Shown: positions 1-14,415, counted from the first letter of the stretch. The stretch: DNA of 64,000 nucleotides from Octopus sinensis (GCF_006345805.1 NC_043007.1:19282001-19346000), one strand, 5' to 3'. Notes: generated by a model from the letters alone, not told the origin. Numbers and translations are program-made.

Positions 1-828
1 CAATAATAATAATAATCTCAAATTTTGGCACAATGCCATCAATTTAAGAGGAAGGGGTATTACCCAACGACATTACCTCGGTGGGACTTGAACTCAGAGT
101 GTAGAGAGCCAGAAGAAATTTTGTCTGACACTCTAACTGTTCTGCCAGCAACAGTAAGAATGGATGACTGAATAATAATAAGTTTGTTTTGTAATGGTTA
201 GGTCCTGGGTTCAATCCCACTCTGGTATATCTTGGGATGTGTTTTATCTCTTTTTTTTTCCCTATAGTTTTGGGGGTTTGTTGCTATAGAATGTGGGTCT
301 ACTTCAGTACCATCGTCCAGCGGGCCTAGTTACCGGCAACCAATGAGATCTTGTATTTTGCAATATTCCAAAATGTGCTAATTCTGCAAAAGATACACAT
401 ACTTTCAGCTGAGTGGACAGCAACAAATTGAAGTTTCTTGACCAAAGAGACAATGCACTGCCCGGTCCAGTAATTGAAACCTCGACATTATGACCACGAG
501 CCCAACAGTTTATCTATTAAGCCATGCACCTACTATTCTTTAGTATAATGGAACTATTTTTTTTTCACTAAAGGCAGTAGAGTGTGTTTAGAAGGAAATT
601 TGGCTGTCATTTCTAGCAGGTTGAGCAGTCACATAGATGCTCTCCTGTTGATTTATAAACAGTATATTAAGTGGGTGATAGCTTTAATTAAAACTCTAAT
701 TAAAAATTGTAAATACCTGTGCTGGTGGCATGTGAAACATTTGAGTGAGGTCATCACCAGTGCCGCTGGACTGGCTCCTGTGCAGGTGGCACATAAAAAG
801 CACCATTTGGACGTGGCCGTTGCCAGTA

Positions 829-1011
829 CCTATTTCTTTACTACCCACAAGGGGCTAAACACAGAGAGGGGACAAACAAGGACAGACACACGGATTAAGT
901 CGATTATATCGACCCCAGTGCGTAACTGGTACTTATTTAATCGACCCCGAAAGGATGAAAGGCAAAGTCAACCTCGGCGGAATTTGAACTCAGAACGTAA
1001 CGGCAGACGAA
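829..1011 (-). mobile_element. tRNA-derived SINE (family 1; central domain resembles Meta/Sauria-type), truncated
   Basis: Reverse strand has B-box GAGTTCAAATTCC followed by GACTTTGCCTTTCATCCTTTCGGGGTCGAT; many copies in the window. Confidence 0.8.
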
Positions 1012-1205
1012 TGGCCCTCGTGCCGGTGGCACATAGAAGCACCCACTACACTCTCGGAGTGGTTGGCGTTAGGAAGGACATCCAGCTGTAGAAACACTGC
1101 CAGATCAGATTGGAGCCTGGTGCAACCATCTGGTTCGCCAGTCCTCAGTCAAATCGTCCAACCCATGCTAGCATGGAAAGCGGGCGTTAAACGATGATGA
1201 TTAAT
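1012..1205 (+). mobile_element. Retroposon 3' tail ending in (GAT)n (RTE-tail-like SINE/LINE end)
   Basis: ccactacactctcggagtggttggcgttagg...catgctagcatggaaagcgggcgttaaacgatgatgat; further copies near 8930-9165, 30000-30370(-), 32450-32760(-), 40400-40755, 41440-41785. Confidence 0.7.
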
Positions 1206-1759
1206 GATACATCGACTGTGTTTCTTTTGCAGATTTGTTTTTACTTTTTCATTTTAGCGTGCTGTTGTGGTTAAGAAGCTTTGCAATCACATGGCTTGCA
1301 GTTCAATCCCATCATGCAGCAACTTGGACAAGAGACTTCTACTATAATTCTAAGCTGACCGATAACTTGTGAGATTTCAGTAGACAAAACTGTGTGAAAG
1401 TTTGTCATATACATGCATGTATGTATGTGTGTGTATGTATGTATTTATATATGTATCTATGTATGTGTGTCTTTCTTTAGTTTTATCTCAAGATTTCTTG
1501 CCAATAGAGAAAGAACCAGTTTCTAACTCAGATCCAAGGCTCCTTCTTTGGAATTTCAACATCAACAACAGGGTATTTTTGTTTGTATGTATATGTGCAG
1601 ACTTGTATGTTTTGTTTTATGTATGTATTCTCATGCATATAATTGCATATCTAGACATGCACATATATATCTAAATGATAAACTTCTGGAAAGTTTTACA
1701 GATTTTTACAGTTCCAGTGATGGATTGGATCTGTAGTCTTCGAATTAGCTTTCTCCTTC

Positions 1760-2440
1760 CTAGTTTTTAGAAGCCTAATTTGGGGGAGGTGGGGGATGAG
1801 TCGATTACATCGACCCCAGTGTACTTATCTTAATGCTCTCGGAAGGACGAAAGGTAAAGTTAACCTCAGCAGAATTTGAACTCAGGACATAGCGATTGGT
1901 GAAATACCGCTAAGCATTTCGTCCAGCATGCTAACGGTTCTGCCAACTCGCCGCCTTAATAATAATAATAATATTTTCTACTCTAGGCGCAACACCTGAA
2001 ATTTTGTGAGGAGGTGGCAGTCGATTAGATCGACTCCTTGCCCCCCCCAGTACGCAACTGGTACTTATTTTATCGACCCCGAAAGGATGAAAGGCAAAGC
2101 TGATGTCAGTGGAATTTGAACTCAGAACACAAAGACAGATGAAATACTACTAAGCATTTTGCCCAGCGTGCTAACAATTCTGCCAGCTTGCCACCTTAAT
2201 AATAATAATAATATTTTCTACACTAGGCGCAAGACCCAAAATTTTGCGGGGCGGGTGGCAGTCGATTAGATCGATCCCCAGTATGCAACTGGTACTTAAT
2301 TTATCGACCTTGAAAGGATGAAAGACAAAGTCAACCTTGGCAGAATTTGAACTCAGAACATAAAGACAGACGAAATACTACTAAGCATTTTGCCCAGCGT
2401 GCTAACGATTCTGCCAGCTTGCCACCTTAATAATAATAAT
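1760..2440 (-). mobile_element. Three head-to-tail copies of family-1 SINE separated by (AAT)n
   Basis: Recurrent gaatttgaactcag...ttctgccagc..gccttaataataat at roughly 240-bp period. Confidence 0.8.
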
Positions 2441-3419
2441 GATAATAAAAGAAAAGACAGTTGTGATGATGATGCAGATGGATAGGAGAAAGAGGAGTGT
2501 AATGTGAGACGGAATTTGTTAGATAAAGATTAAAAAAATTAAAATTTCTGGATGTTTTCATTTATTTATTTATCTTATTTTTTTTTTCAAATTTTACATT
2601 TAACAACAACTAGAGTGGAGTTGGACTGGGAGAAAAGTATTGAGTGAGACTCATTGGTAGAATGGAATTAGAACTGGGGTGGAAAAAGTTGGGTGGTTGA
2701 TAGATGTCATGGAAATGGATGAGATAGAGTGACACTTGAAAGTGTGGAGTGGAGATTAGTTTGGAGATGAGATGAGGTGGAATAGGGCCAGGCTTGTTGG
2801 AGTGTAGTAAAACTTGACTTAGAGCAGAATAGCGTCGAGTTTGGCTACTATTGAAGTTGAGGTGGATCAGAGCTGAACTTGGAGTGGAGTAGCACTCAAG
2901 TTGGTGTCGGTAGAAGATGGAATGGAGTTGGATGAGGTGGAAAAGGGCTAAGATTGAAATGGGGGTTACATGAGGGTTTCACTTTGAGCAGAATACAGTT
3001 TGGCAAAAGAGGAAGAATTAAATGGCGTGGAGTGGAGTTTAGACCTGTTTGCTTCGAGTTGAGTAAGACATAATAAACTGGTGGAGTGGAACTTGGTAAA
3101 TGCTGAATTTGGAGTAAGGCCTAGAGGTAAGTGAGTTTGTCTAGTAATAAGTAATGGACATAATATATCAAGTTGAGTGGAACTTAGGTGGATGTAGACA
3201 AGGCAGTGGGGAGAGTGGAGGGGGACTCGCAGGGGAATGGTTCTGGCAGGATGGACGTAATTGGAATCGGTAGCGAATGAGGCAGGAATGAGAAATAAGA
3301 TGGCAGGCAAGAGGCATTGATTGAAGTGAAAGAGACTGGTGGAAATGAGTTAATCAATTAATTAATTCTTATCGTTACTAGTGAAATGAGGTGTGGGTAA
3401 GATTCATAATGGAAATTGT

Positions 3420-3889
3420 ATTTTCATGTATGTTCACGTGTGTATGTATAACATATCCTTTTGATATATGTGTGTGTGTGTTGTGTGTGTATTTATGTAT
3501 ATATATATATGTATGTATATATGTACATATGTATGAGTATGTATATTTATATATGTATATATGTGTGTATGTATATATGTATGTATATATGTGTGAGTAT
3601 GTATATTTATATATGTGTGTATGTATATATGTATGTATATATATGTGTGTGTATGTATATGTATATATATATATGTGTGTGTATGTATATGTATATATAT
3701 ATATATGTATATATTTATATATACTTATGTATGTATATATATATATGTATGTATATATATATATACTTATGTATGTATATATATATATTTATATAAATAT
3801 ATAAAACGTTTTATATATATATATACATGTATATACATATGTATATATATATTTATATGTATATACATTTATATATTTGTATGTGTGTG

Positions 3890-3958
<69 letters not shown>

Positions 3959-3990
3959 GTGTGTGTATATATATTTGTATACATGATGAT
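3420..3990. repeat. Compound (AT)n/(GT)n microsatellite
   Basis: Direct inspection; source of the spurious YIYI/CVCV ORFs. Similar tracts at about 20000-20560, 21290-21780, 61330-61910. Confidence 0.95.
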
Positions 3991-6591
3991 GACATACATA
4001 CACTAGATATAGCTGAGAAAGTTCATTATATTAAGGTTGACTATTATTCCGTTACAGCAATAACTCAGAGGTTTGTACCGAATTTATGCATCCTCTCTGA
4101 AGACCGCTTGGAGCTACAAAACGGTAAACAGTCTACAGAGGAACGAAATGATAGTCAAACATCAAAAGAAAGAGAAAATAAATATACAAAAAAGAAAAGT
4201 ATATTACTCTACAAAATTTATGAATTATATTATACTTTGCCTCAAGAAAAAATATATTAGTATTATAAACACTGTTGTATGTGTATACATATATATATAC
4301 ACACACATTATTTAAGGTACACAGTATAAAGATACAAGCTACTGATAGTATTTTGCTGTGAAGACGTGTCTAGGCTGGTTTTTATAACACACCTTGTGTC
4401 TCCAAGCAATCGTCAGACTCTGAGCACAAGGTCTGTTCTGTTATATATACACATAAACACACACACAAACACACGTATATATATATATATATAAAATGTT
4501 TTTATATAGGATTAATCATCATTTCAAATGATCATGAAAATAATTATTTTTCCTACTTTTCAAAGGGATTTTATAGTACCACTTAACTACCAAGCTATGG
4601 ATGGACGGACACACACATACACACACACAAAGTCTCATATTGACTAGTCACATTTTATCTGTAATATACAAGACCATGGTTACTTGCCGATGCATGTCCA
4701 AGTTCTTGTTAACAGCATTTAGAATGTGTGCCATCATTATAAGATTCTCTGTACATTTGTATGTATACATACATACATATATATATGTATGCACACACAG
4801 AAATGTATTTATATAAGAAAATAATGTATTTAAAAAGAAAACAAGCTTTCCAAGCAATGCACCCACTAGCTGGTGGAGTGTCCTATATATGGATGACCTT
4901 GTTGTTCAATCTAATAATTACACCAATACATATAATCTCATACATACATATATAGATATATAAATACATACATTCACATATATACACACACACACACACA
5001 TATATATATGGAGTTTAACGCAGGTATAATTCAAATACTTTTACTTCCGACACATGTTTCGAAGATTTCACTGGTATTATTCCAAATAATTTCTATAGGC
5101 TACTTCTCACGTTATATCATATAACGTTTTTTGAAACAATATTAATAGCATTCAGTTAATCACTATACATATCCATCATTTTCTGTTAAAATATCTTATC
5201 GATGAGTTTCATTTCTTCAGTTCCCTGAAGAGAAGATTACATTGTTTTACACCATTTTATTCCTTTGGAATAATATCAGTGATATCTTTGAAAGAATATG
5301 CCGAAAGTAAAAGTATTTGAATTATACCTGCGTTAAACTCCATTTATTTATATATTATATATCTGTTGTTGCATTTTTTCATTTTGTTTCCGGTAAACTA
5401 GTTTTTACAATAAAATTGCATGGTTTGTTAAAAGGGAGATGAGAATATGACAAATGTATGCGTGTATATATATGTGTGTATGTATGAAAGAGAGAGAGAC
5501 TTTTCTGGAAAATCCTGAGTTCCAATGTACATGTTATTAATTTCTTTTCTTTTTTTCTATATTTCTAATAATGTTGCTTTTCTTAATTAAAACATCCCCC
5601 CTCCTCACACAAGGGGTTCACAGCCTCATTTTAGGGTATAACCTACCCGTTTTGTAGAAGGGCATTTCAGAGGTAATGTTTGTATATGTCTATATGTATT
5701 TGAATATATATATGTATGCATATGTATATATATACATGCACATATATATATATATATATATACATGCACATATATATATGTATATATATAGATGCACATA
5801 TTTATATGTATATATATACATGCACATGCACACTTGTGTGGTGATGCAAAGACAATTGCATATCCCTTCCCTCCAATGCTGATTTATAAGAAAAAAATCT
5901 GGTAGAAGCAGGTTCGTATTACAGGTATGTAGTAATATAAAGGTAAGTTAAACAGTGAAGCATTTGTGATAATGGAAGGTAGAAATGATGGCAATGATTG
6001 CAGAATATCTTTAAACCAAGCATGATATTCCTCATGCCCATGAAACAAGAATTAGATTTGGGTAAAGCAAAGCAACGTAAACACAACACTACCTACACGG
6101 AATGGAAATTCATCCCTTGATACATGCATATATGGTGAATTACAAGAATTAATAATAATCCTTTCTACCAAAGTCACAAGGCCTGAAATTGTGGGGGACA
6201 AGTCTATTACATCGACCCCAGTGTTTCACTGGTACTTGATTTATCAACTGCGAAAGGTTGAAAGGTGAAGTCGACCTTGGTAGAATTTGAACTCAGAACG
6301 TAGCTGTAAATGAAATAGCGCTAAACATTTTGCCTGGCATGCTAATGATTCTGCTGCCTTACAAGAAAAGATAATAATAATGGTTTCAAATTTTGGCACC
6401 GGGCCAGCAGTTTTTGAGGGTGGGGGAAGTTGATTACATCAACTGCAGTACATGACTGGTACTTATCTAATCAACCCCGAAAAGGATGAAAGGCATAGTT
6501 GACCTCACTGGAAATTCAATCTCAGAATGTAAAAATTTTGTCCAATATACTAATAATGCTGTCAGCGGATTGCATTAATAATAATAATAAT

Positions 6592-6948
6592 GAGCACTCA
6601 GATAGTGCAAACCTCTGCCAAGGCAACACCAACGTCCTCTCAACAATTAGCCAGAGATGATTTTTAAAATGAGAATATCTGAAATAAACTCAACTGTTCT
6701 CACAAACGAGAATACTAAGAATGAACCTGGCCGATCTCAAAAATTAAGGAAAAAAAACAGGAAAAATAATCCATAATCCTTGTCCAGTACTGGATCAATC
6801 TCTAAGTTTAATCAGTTCGTGTCAGTCATAAGGCCAAACATCCCTAAAAGTTTCATCCAAATCCATCTAACAGTTCTTGAGCTTGTCCATGGACAAACAA
6901 ATGCAACTGAAAACAATACCTCTGCCTTCACTAAGGGGGAGGTAATAA
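6592..6948 (-). mobile_element. Non-autonomous Helentron-like (HINE-type) element
   Basis: Reverse-complement match to 62134-62502; ends ttattacctcc...aggtattgttttcag and ccttggc(a/g)gag...ctgagtgctc, short subterminal inverted motifs; family assignment from memory. Confidence 0.5.
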
Positions 6949-9933
6949 TGATCCTTTCTACTATAGCAGCAGTCCCAACGTTTTTGCACTTGCAACCCCT
7001 TACCCAAAAGCTTGAAACCCATGTGACCCCTACTATCAGCTGCTTGATTTACATTTTAATTAATATTATCCCAAGCCACTTCTAGCAAGGGTACGCGACC
7101 CCAGGCCCCGGCCAAGACTTCACAACCCCTATACTATAGGCACAAGGACTGAAATTTTGGTGAAGAAGATTATTGATTACATCGACCCCGGTGACCCCTA
7201 AAAGGATGAAAGGCAAAGTTGACGTAGGCAGGATTTGAACTCAGAATATAAAAAGCAGGAACAAATACTGCAAGGAATTTTTTCCAATGTTCCAATGATT
7301 CTGCTTAATTATATTAATAATAATAATTTAATTAAGAAAGGTAGTGACAAATATTTTTGACCAGATCCCTGGGAAATCATCAAACTATGGGACTCAAAAT
7401 ATTGTCGAGACATCCACCGCCAACATTCTCAAACAGTTTCTCTTCATCTAATATAAAATATATTGAGATCTGGTCAGAAGATGAAACAAAATGCAAATCA
7501 ATCAGATAATAATAATAATTGTTTCCTATGTAGGTAGAAAGCCAGCAGATTAGAGGGTAAAAGTTTAGTTGATGCCAACAACCCTAATATCCCACTGCTA
7601 TTCTATTGTCCCTGGAGGGACAAAGGGTAGTAGGCCTCGGCAGGATTTGAACTCAAATAAGAAGCAAACCTGAAGAAAAACTGTCAAGAATTTTTCTTCA
7701 TCACACTACTAATTTATGACAACAATTTTCAATAATGATAATTTTTTAATTAGCTTTGCATTTTCAAAATAAATAATTGTGTCTTGTTGACCAAAGGACA
7801 ATGAAATACTTCACAACATTACTAGTGACACTAAAGTGATGTTAACATACTCGAGGGAAGGGGGCTAAGATTGTTGAATTATTTGAAAATGATATCCTTA
7901 TTGATCTCCATGGTTAATTCTGGTAAAAAACAGTAGGGGAGACAACCTCGGAATTTGAATTAATTAGAATTAACATAAAAACATGTAAAATTCCAGATTT
8001 GGAATGAAATGTAAGAAATCACCCCCCAGTATTTAACTGCTACTTTAAAGTACTTTTTTAAAGCATCTATAGTAACACTGTTATAAGATGTGTATGTGAC
8101 TGTCTCCTAGCCTTGACCTCAAATGGTAGTCGTAAACAAGTGCCACCTTCTATCAAGTGGTGTCCTTTGCTTCTAATCTTCCATGACAGGACTGGTCATG
8201 GGGAAAATGTGAGGTTTAGTGACAGGAAGAGCATCCAACAATAGAAAATTCACCTCAACAAATTCCATCCAACCCAGGTGAGCATGGAACATCGATTCCC
8301 AGCAGTGCATTGTGTCCTTGAGCAAGACATTTCACCACACACTGTTCCAGTCCATTCAGCTGATAAAAAATGAGTTTTACCTGTAATGTCACATTCTGTC
8401 ATTCTGAATCTCTCTGTAAACTATATTAACTGCACACGTGTCTGTGGAGTACTCAGCCACTCGCTTGTTAATTTCATGAGCCGGCTGTTCCAGTGATTGG
8501 ATCAACTGGAACCCTTGCCCTGGTAACTGATGGATTGTCAGTTTTTTTTTTATTTTATTGGCGCAAATATGGTCAAGTGATTAAGACAATCACTCTGTAA
8601 TTATGCTATTTTGGTTTCAATCCCAACATGTAGAGCCTTCAGTAAAATAGTCTTGAAGGAGGCTAATATCTTATGAGTGGAATTTGAGAAACTGTGTGGA
8701 AGCCTGTTGTGACCCTGAGATACCCACTGATGATAGGGAAGGGTGTTCGAGCTTGCAAAACCTCTGAATAGCTCCTGTAGTTTCTGTGTGGGGTAACGCA
8801 TCTCTGATGTTTATTTCAGTTCCACATTTATAAACACATCATCATCGTTTAATGCCTGTCTTCCATGCAGGTATGGGTTGGACAGTTCAGCAGGAGCTGG
8901 TCAGCTGAGAGCTGTTCAGGCTCCAATTGTCTCGAGGTCATCGCCAGTACCGCCTGACCAGCCCCCGTGCTGGTGGCACTTAAAAAGCACCCACTACACT
9001 CTCGGAGTGGTTAGTGTTAGGCAGGGCATCCAGCTGTAGAAACTCTGCCAGATCAAGATTGGGGCCTGGTGCAGCCATCTGGTTCGCCAGCCCTCAGTCA
9101 AAATCGTCCAACCCATGCTAGCATGGAAAGCGGGCGTTAAATGATGATGATGATGATGATAATGACACATGTATGCATGTGTGTGTGTGCCTGTGAGTCC
9201 ATCTTAATGTTTATGGCCTAAAAACTGATGTAGTTTATGATGTTTTCGTTTCATGTCTTGTTACTTACTGATTCAACCAAACAGAGATTAATACGATAAG
9301 TTCTGAGGCTCTGCCTTCAAGGCTGCAGTCCAATGACTGAACTGGCAAAAGAATAAAAAATATTATTATAGAAATATTATTATATTGTAGAAAGGAGAGA
9401 GAGAGAGAAAGAAGAGATGTCCGTGAAAATTATGTCTTGACAAAGAAGAATTAAAATTTGAAATTAAAATTTAAAAATAAAACAAACACTTAAACAGAAA
9501 GAAAAAATAATTTATCTTCAAAAAGCATAAAACAAAAAAAAACAACAAACAAAAAAAACAATATTTTGGACCCCCCAATCCCCCACCCCTGGTGTATGTA
9601 CATGCTTGTTTAATATTTTTAAAACTACAACGGAACTTGATGGTGTTTTATGATATTCCATTTGAAACTATAACAATTTAGGTAGAATCACAAACCAGAA
9701 CGGAACAAAGAGTTCTTTTGTTAAAAACCTAAAAAATTCTAGAAAACATTGGTTGGGGAAGAATAGAGCCACAAAGCAACTCTATGGGGTAAATTTTTAT
9801 TCTAATCCATAAAATGGGAATTTTAAGAGGAACATAAACCAATTTTGATAAGATGAAACTAGAAAAAAAAACCCTCCTTCCATAATAATAAAATGAAAAA
9901 AATGTAGGCCTTGGTAGAGTTACCAACCAGATT

Positions 9934-10502
9934 TAACCCTTTAATATTTAAACTGATTATATCTATTTGTAGTAAAGATTGTTTGTCAACATAACATGGC
10001 TGTCCTGGTTTAGGACTAATATTGCTGTAATTTAGCCCCAGGAGACATCGTCTCCAGCTGGCTATACGATACGATCTGTGTTCTTATATTTTTGAACAAG
10101 GGAATCTAGCATCCCCCACTTATTCGAAAATATGAAGACACAGATCGTGTCGTATAGCCAGCTGGAGGTGATGTCTCCTGGGGCTGAAATACAGCAACAT
10201 TCGTCCTAAACCAGGACTGCCATGTCATGTTGGCAAACAATCTTTACTCCAAAGTACTGTTGTTGAATATCTCTCATTGTGAGATTTACAAATAGTAATT
10301 TTCTTATATTATCTAGCACAAATATTCTCTTTGTTTTATGTTTAAACTGGCCATATCTGGCCTCTTACACATGCCTTACAATGTCATTCAAACAATCATG
10401 TCATTGGAATCTTGTAGCTTCAAAATACTGTATAATTAATTCAAAACAATGTGATTAAATAAGCATTACATTCGACAGAGTAATCTGGATGCTGAAGGGT
10501 TC
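9934..10502. mobile_element. piggyBac-type MITE carrying a nested 278-bp palindrome
   Basis: ttaaccctttaa...ctgaagggttca ends (TTAA-type target, CCCTT/AAGGG termini); internal inverted repeat 9971-10248. Confidence 0.55.
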
Positions 10503-11005
10503 ACAGAATAAGAAAAAAAAAATATAAGGGAGCAAAAAACACAATCATCCTCTTCATAGTTGCACAGCTGTGAGGGGCCGATGATGATCAATGAAAAATG
10601 TTGGTAGAGAACTAACAGCAGCACCGATAATGGCCAACGGATATGAGGAAATGATTATGTTCTGAATTCGTAGAAGTTATGGGAGTGAAACAGAATTTTG
10701 ACTAACAAGAAAAATAAATCACACAGTAATAAAGCAACAAAATATACAATAACTAAATATTATACATACATACAAATATGTGTGTGTTTGTGTGTGTATT
10801 ACACAAAGTAGCTTTAAATAAAATATACTCGTGTACAGTCATGTTTAACATGCTGAAGTGTATTTGAACATGATAAGTCTTTTCACTGCTGAAATACTCT
10901 CAAGGGAAAATTTTCTCCTGTGACTTTTTCTGCAGTGAAATGTTTTATCATGTCCAAATACACATAAAGGTGTTAAACATGACTTTGCATGATTCTGTGT
11001 ATCTA

Positions 11006-11054
<49 letters not shown>

Positions 11055-12088
11055 TCTGAGATCCTTAATTGGTTGTTGGAACTTAGGGAGCATGTGAAAA
11101 ATAAAAGAAGTAATTTTAAATGGAGGTGGCAGTGATAGTAGTAATAGTAGTAGTAGTAGTTATTTAGCCAGAGGTCAGATCTGATTGAGAAAACCCATGA
11201 TTGAAGGCATTCCAGCCGTGGTCATCTTGTGATTCTAAGGTAAGCGGTGTATATCTATGACTGTATATTCCAAGGTGTCCTTTCATTACTTAAGATAGTT
11301 ACGTGTGACTTGAAGGAAATTTAGTTGTTATTTCTAGCAGGTCAAGCGATCATATAGAGGCTTGTTGCTAGTGGTGGTGGTTGAAGTGTAAGAAGAAAGT
11401 AGCTTTGATGAAGTGGAGTGGGGTGCCAGGAAATGATCCTAACTTTTGAAAAGAACATCTGATGAAAATGAAAGGAGAATAAATAAATAAATGAATAAAT
11501 AAATATTTGAATTAAATTTTTTAAAAAATATGTTTCTAGGTGAGAATTGAAACCATGTCAACCAAATGTGGAAAAGTTATTCTGGAAGCAAGGAAAAATG
11601 TTTAGCTTACCTATTTAAAATTTTTTATTGTCTAATTATGATTTCTTAAAATCTTCAGATCTATAATGATGTCAATAAATCTTATGACATGCTCACTGTC
11701 ATCACCAGCAGTTTTCTGTCATCACTTGTCTTATATTTGTCATTATGATCACAAAGTCATCATCATCATTGTTACAATTATGATTAATATCCCTGTTATC
11801 ATCATAGCTGCTATCATCACTGTCATCATCACCGTCATCATCATCATTATAGTAGCTGGTAGTCTACCATATGTCTTGATGTTTCCCATGGTCATACTGT
11901 CATCATCATCGTCATCATCATCATCACTGCTGTGATTATGATCCTCCACATCAGTGTTTCTCAACCTTTTTTACCCTTGCGTAACCCTTAACCCTTAAAA
12001 TAAATTACATGTCCCAAGGAACCCCTGCACCAAAAAAATTATGTCTTATGTTTCTCGTATTTTTTTTATTGTAGTTCACGTGATAAAT

Positions 12089-12130
<42 letters not shown>

Positions 12131-12265
12131 CAGCAAAACAATGTGATTTAGCTGATGAATACTTGACATTACATTTGCTGTAATATTTGCAGCTTTAAAT
12201 AAAATGTTTATAGCATGAAACAATTATACTAAACTACCGATCCATTCTTGTTGCTTTTTTCTTGG

Positions 12266-12305
<40 letters not shown>

Positions 12306-13101
12306 TATATATATATTGATAGAAATAGTAAGACAGCAAAAGAATGAAAGAGACCTCGATATTATGTAAATAGAGGAATTTATCTGTAAATGTAATATGT
12401 GACAATTATTCGGTAGCCATGATAAAACTCTGAGTTTCAGATGTCGGGGCAGAAACCCAAGCCGGCATCTCTTCAGTTATCAGGCCAGCGAGAAAATGCT
12501 ATGAAAATGACCGTTAAACAATGGGAAATTACTGTGTGATTGACCGGGCTTTATAAAAGGGTGATGTAAAATATGAAATTACAATGATATTGTATATGTG
12601 AATAAGATCTGAAGGCGAACTGAAAGATCAAATCACAAATCCAATAAGGGGAGGTAACTTGCATTTCTAAAAGAACAGCTAGTCAGGTAAATTCGTTTTT
12701 TCTGTTCTTTTTTTGTTTTTAATTAACAAAGATTTTTTCCCATATTTATTTTAACATGAAAAATGTTCTTATCTAAGTTTTTTTTTTCTTTTTTACAGTT
12801 CTTTGTAGCTCTATTCATCCCCAACAACTATTATTGGTCATTTTTGAAATTTGGATAAATTTCACCCTTTTACAGTCACATGACGTTGGAGCGCCAAGTG
12901 GAAGAAAATGAACAAATTTATCTGACAGCCCAATATATATGAATGAATTTTTATACCATATGATTAAGTTAGAACAAAGAATAAATTATAAAGTTTATGA
13001 TGGCAGAAGGCATAGGGTTAGTTATATAATTAAAAAAATAGAATAACGAGTTAAATTAAATAAACCTTTAGATGTCAGTAAAATGTTATTAAATTTCTTT
13101 T

Positions 13102-13806
13102 GCTGAGCTTCGTTCAGGACAAAATATGAATAAAGGACCAATTAACAGTATTAATTACTGTAAGCGACAGTAAAAGTTTTCATATAATTATACTAAAATA
13201 ATGTGAAAAGAGAGAGAGAGAGAGAAATGTGTCTACTAGAAGGAAATGGCAAAAGTGGAAAGTTTAAAGTTTGGAGAGTGGTTAAGGAAGGGACATAACT
13301 GAGGCTGAGCTTCGTTCAGGACAAAATATGAATAAAGGATCAATTAACAGTATTAATTACTGTAAGCGACAGTAAAAATTTTCATATAATTATACTAAAA
13401 TAATGTGAAGAGAGAGAGAGAGAGAAATGTGTCTACTAGAAGGAAATGGTAAAAGTGGAAAGTTTAAAGTTTGGAGAGTGGTTAAGGAAGGGACATAACT
13501 GAGGCTGAGCTTCGTTCAGGACAAAATATGAATAAAGGACCAATTAACAGTATTAATTACTGTAAGCGACAGTAAAAATTTTCATATAATTATACTAAAA
13601 TAATGTGAAGAGAGAGAGAGAGAGAAATGTGTCTACTAGAAGGAAATGGTAAAAGTGGAAAGTTTAAAGTTTGGAGAGTGGTTAAGGAAGGGAAATAACT
13701 GAGGCTGAGCTTCGTTCAGGACAAAATATGAATAAAGGACCAATTAACAGTATTAATTACTGTAAGCGACAGTAAAAATTTTCATATAATTATACTAAAA
13801 TAATGT

Positions 13807-13896
<90 letters not shown>

Positions 13897-13971
13897 GTGT
13901 CTACTAGAAGGAAATGGTAAAAGTGGAAAGTTTAAAGTTTGGAGAGTGGTTAAGGAAGGGACATAACTGAG
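13102..13971. repeat. Tandem repeat, four near-identical copies of a 200-bp unit, each containing (AG)n
   Basis: Unit starts gctgagcttcgttcagg at 13102, 13304, 13504, 13704; the fourth copy has an expanded AG tract. Confidence 0.95.
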
Positions 13972-14159
13972 AGAAAACGTAGTTATTTCATTAGGAATGG
14001 GGTAGTATTAGAAATTGATTGTAAGAAATGAGAAATCTGCCCAATTATACAAATATAGCTGCATATAAAGATGTGCAGGAACGTACATCTAATAAAAAAA
14101 CAAACAAAGCAAGACATACATGGAAATATATTCTGAGCGCTACTATATACTATAAGCTC

Positions 14160-14415
14160 ATCATCATCATCTTTATCATCATTGATTTGACTCAGGCTCC
14201 TTCTTATTCTTGGCAGAATCTATGTGGGTAGCTGGTTACAACCTGTACCCACAATCTTCCAATAGTTTTTCCAGTGCTTAAGACCCTCCTGGTAATCTTT
14301 CTTGTCTCCAAGAGGCAAACTTTATGTAGAAGCTCTACATCGCATTCTATTCCAATCTCCTTCAACTATTTGTCTGTAACTTTGCTTACAGTTTCTCAAC
14401 GCACCAATTATTATA
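14160..14415 (-). mobile_element. 3' end of an R4/Dong-like non-LTR retrotransposon, degenerate
   Basis: Frameshifted translation IIIGAL/ETVSK/LKEIGIECDVELLHKVCLLETRKITRRVLST resembles the C-terminus of REL-endonuclease LINEs; (GAT)n tail, flanked by (TAA)n. Confidence 0.6.

Noticed and set aside
582-1091. 169-aa ORF
   Set aside because: Runs through stacked SINE and retroposon-tail sequence; the same peptide fragments recur at other SINE copies.
3391-4260. Numerous ORFs rich in YI/CV/MY/HT (also 17959-18498, 20137-20570, 21300-21938, 61195-61963)
   Set aside because: Translations of (AT)n, (GT)n and (ATAC)n microsatellites, which lack stops; not protein-coding.
10570-10677. Minus-strand hydrophobic reading NIIISSYPLAIIGAAVSSLPTFFIDHHRPLTAVQL-stop after an AG
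   Set aside because: No partner exons, weak acceptor and no recognisable homology.
13102-13971. Regularly spaced repeats as a possible CRISPR array
   Set aside because: Eukaryotic context; 200-bp units without unique spacers.
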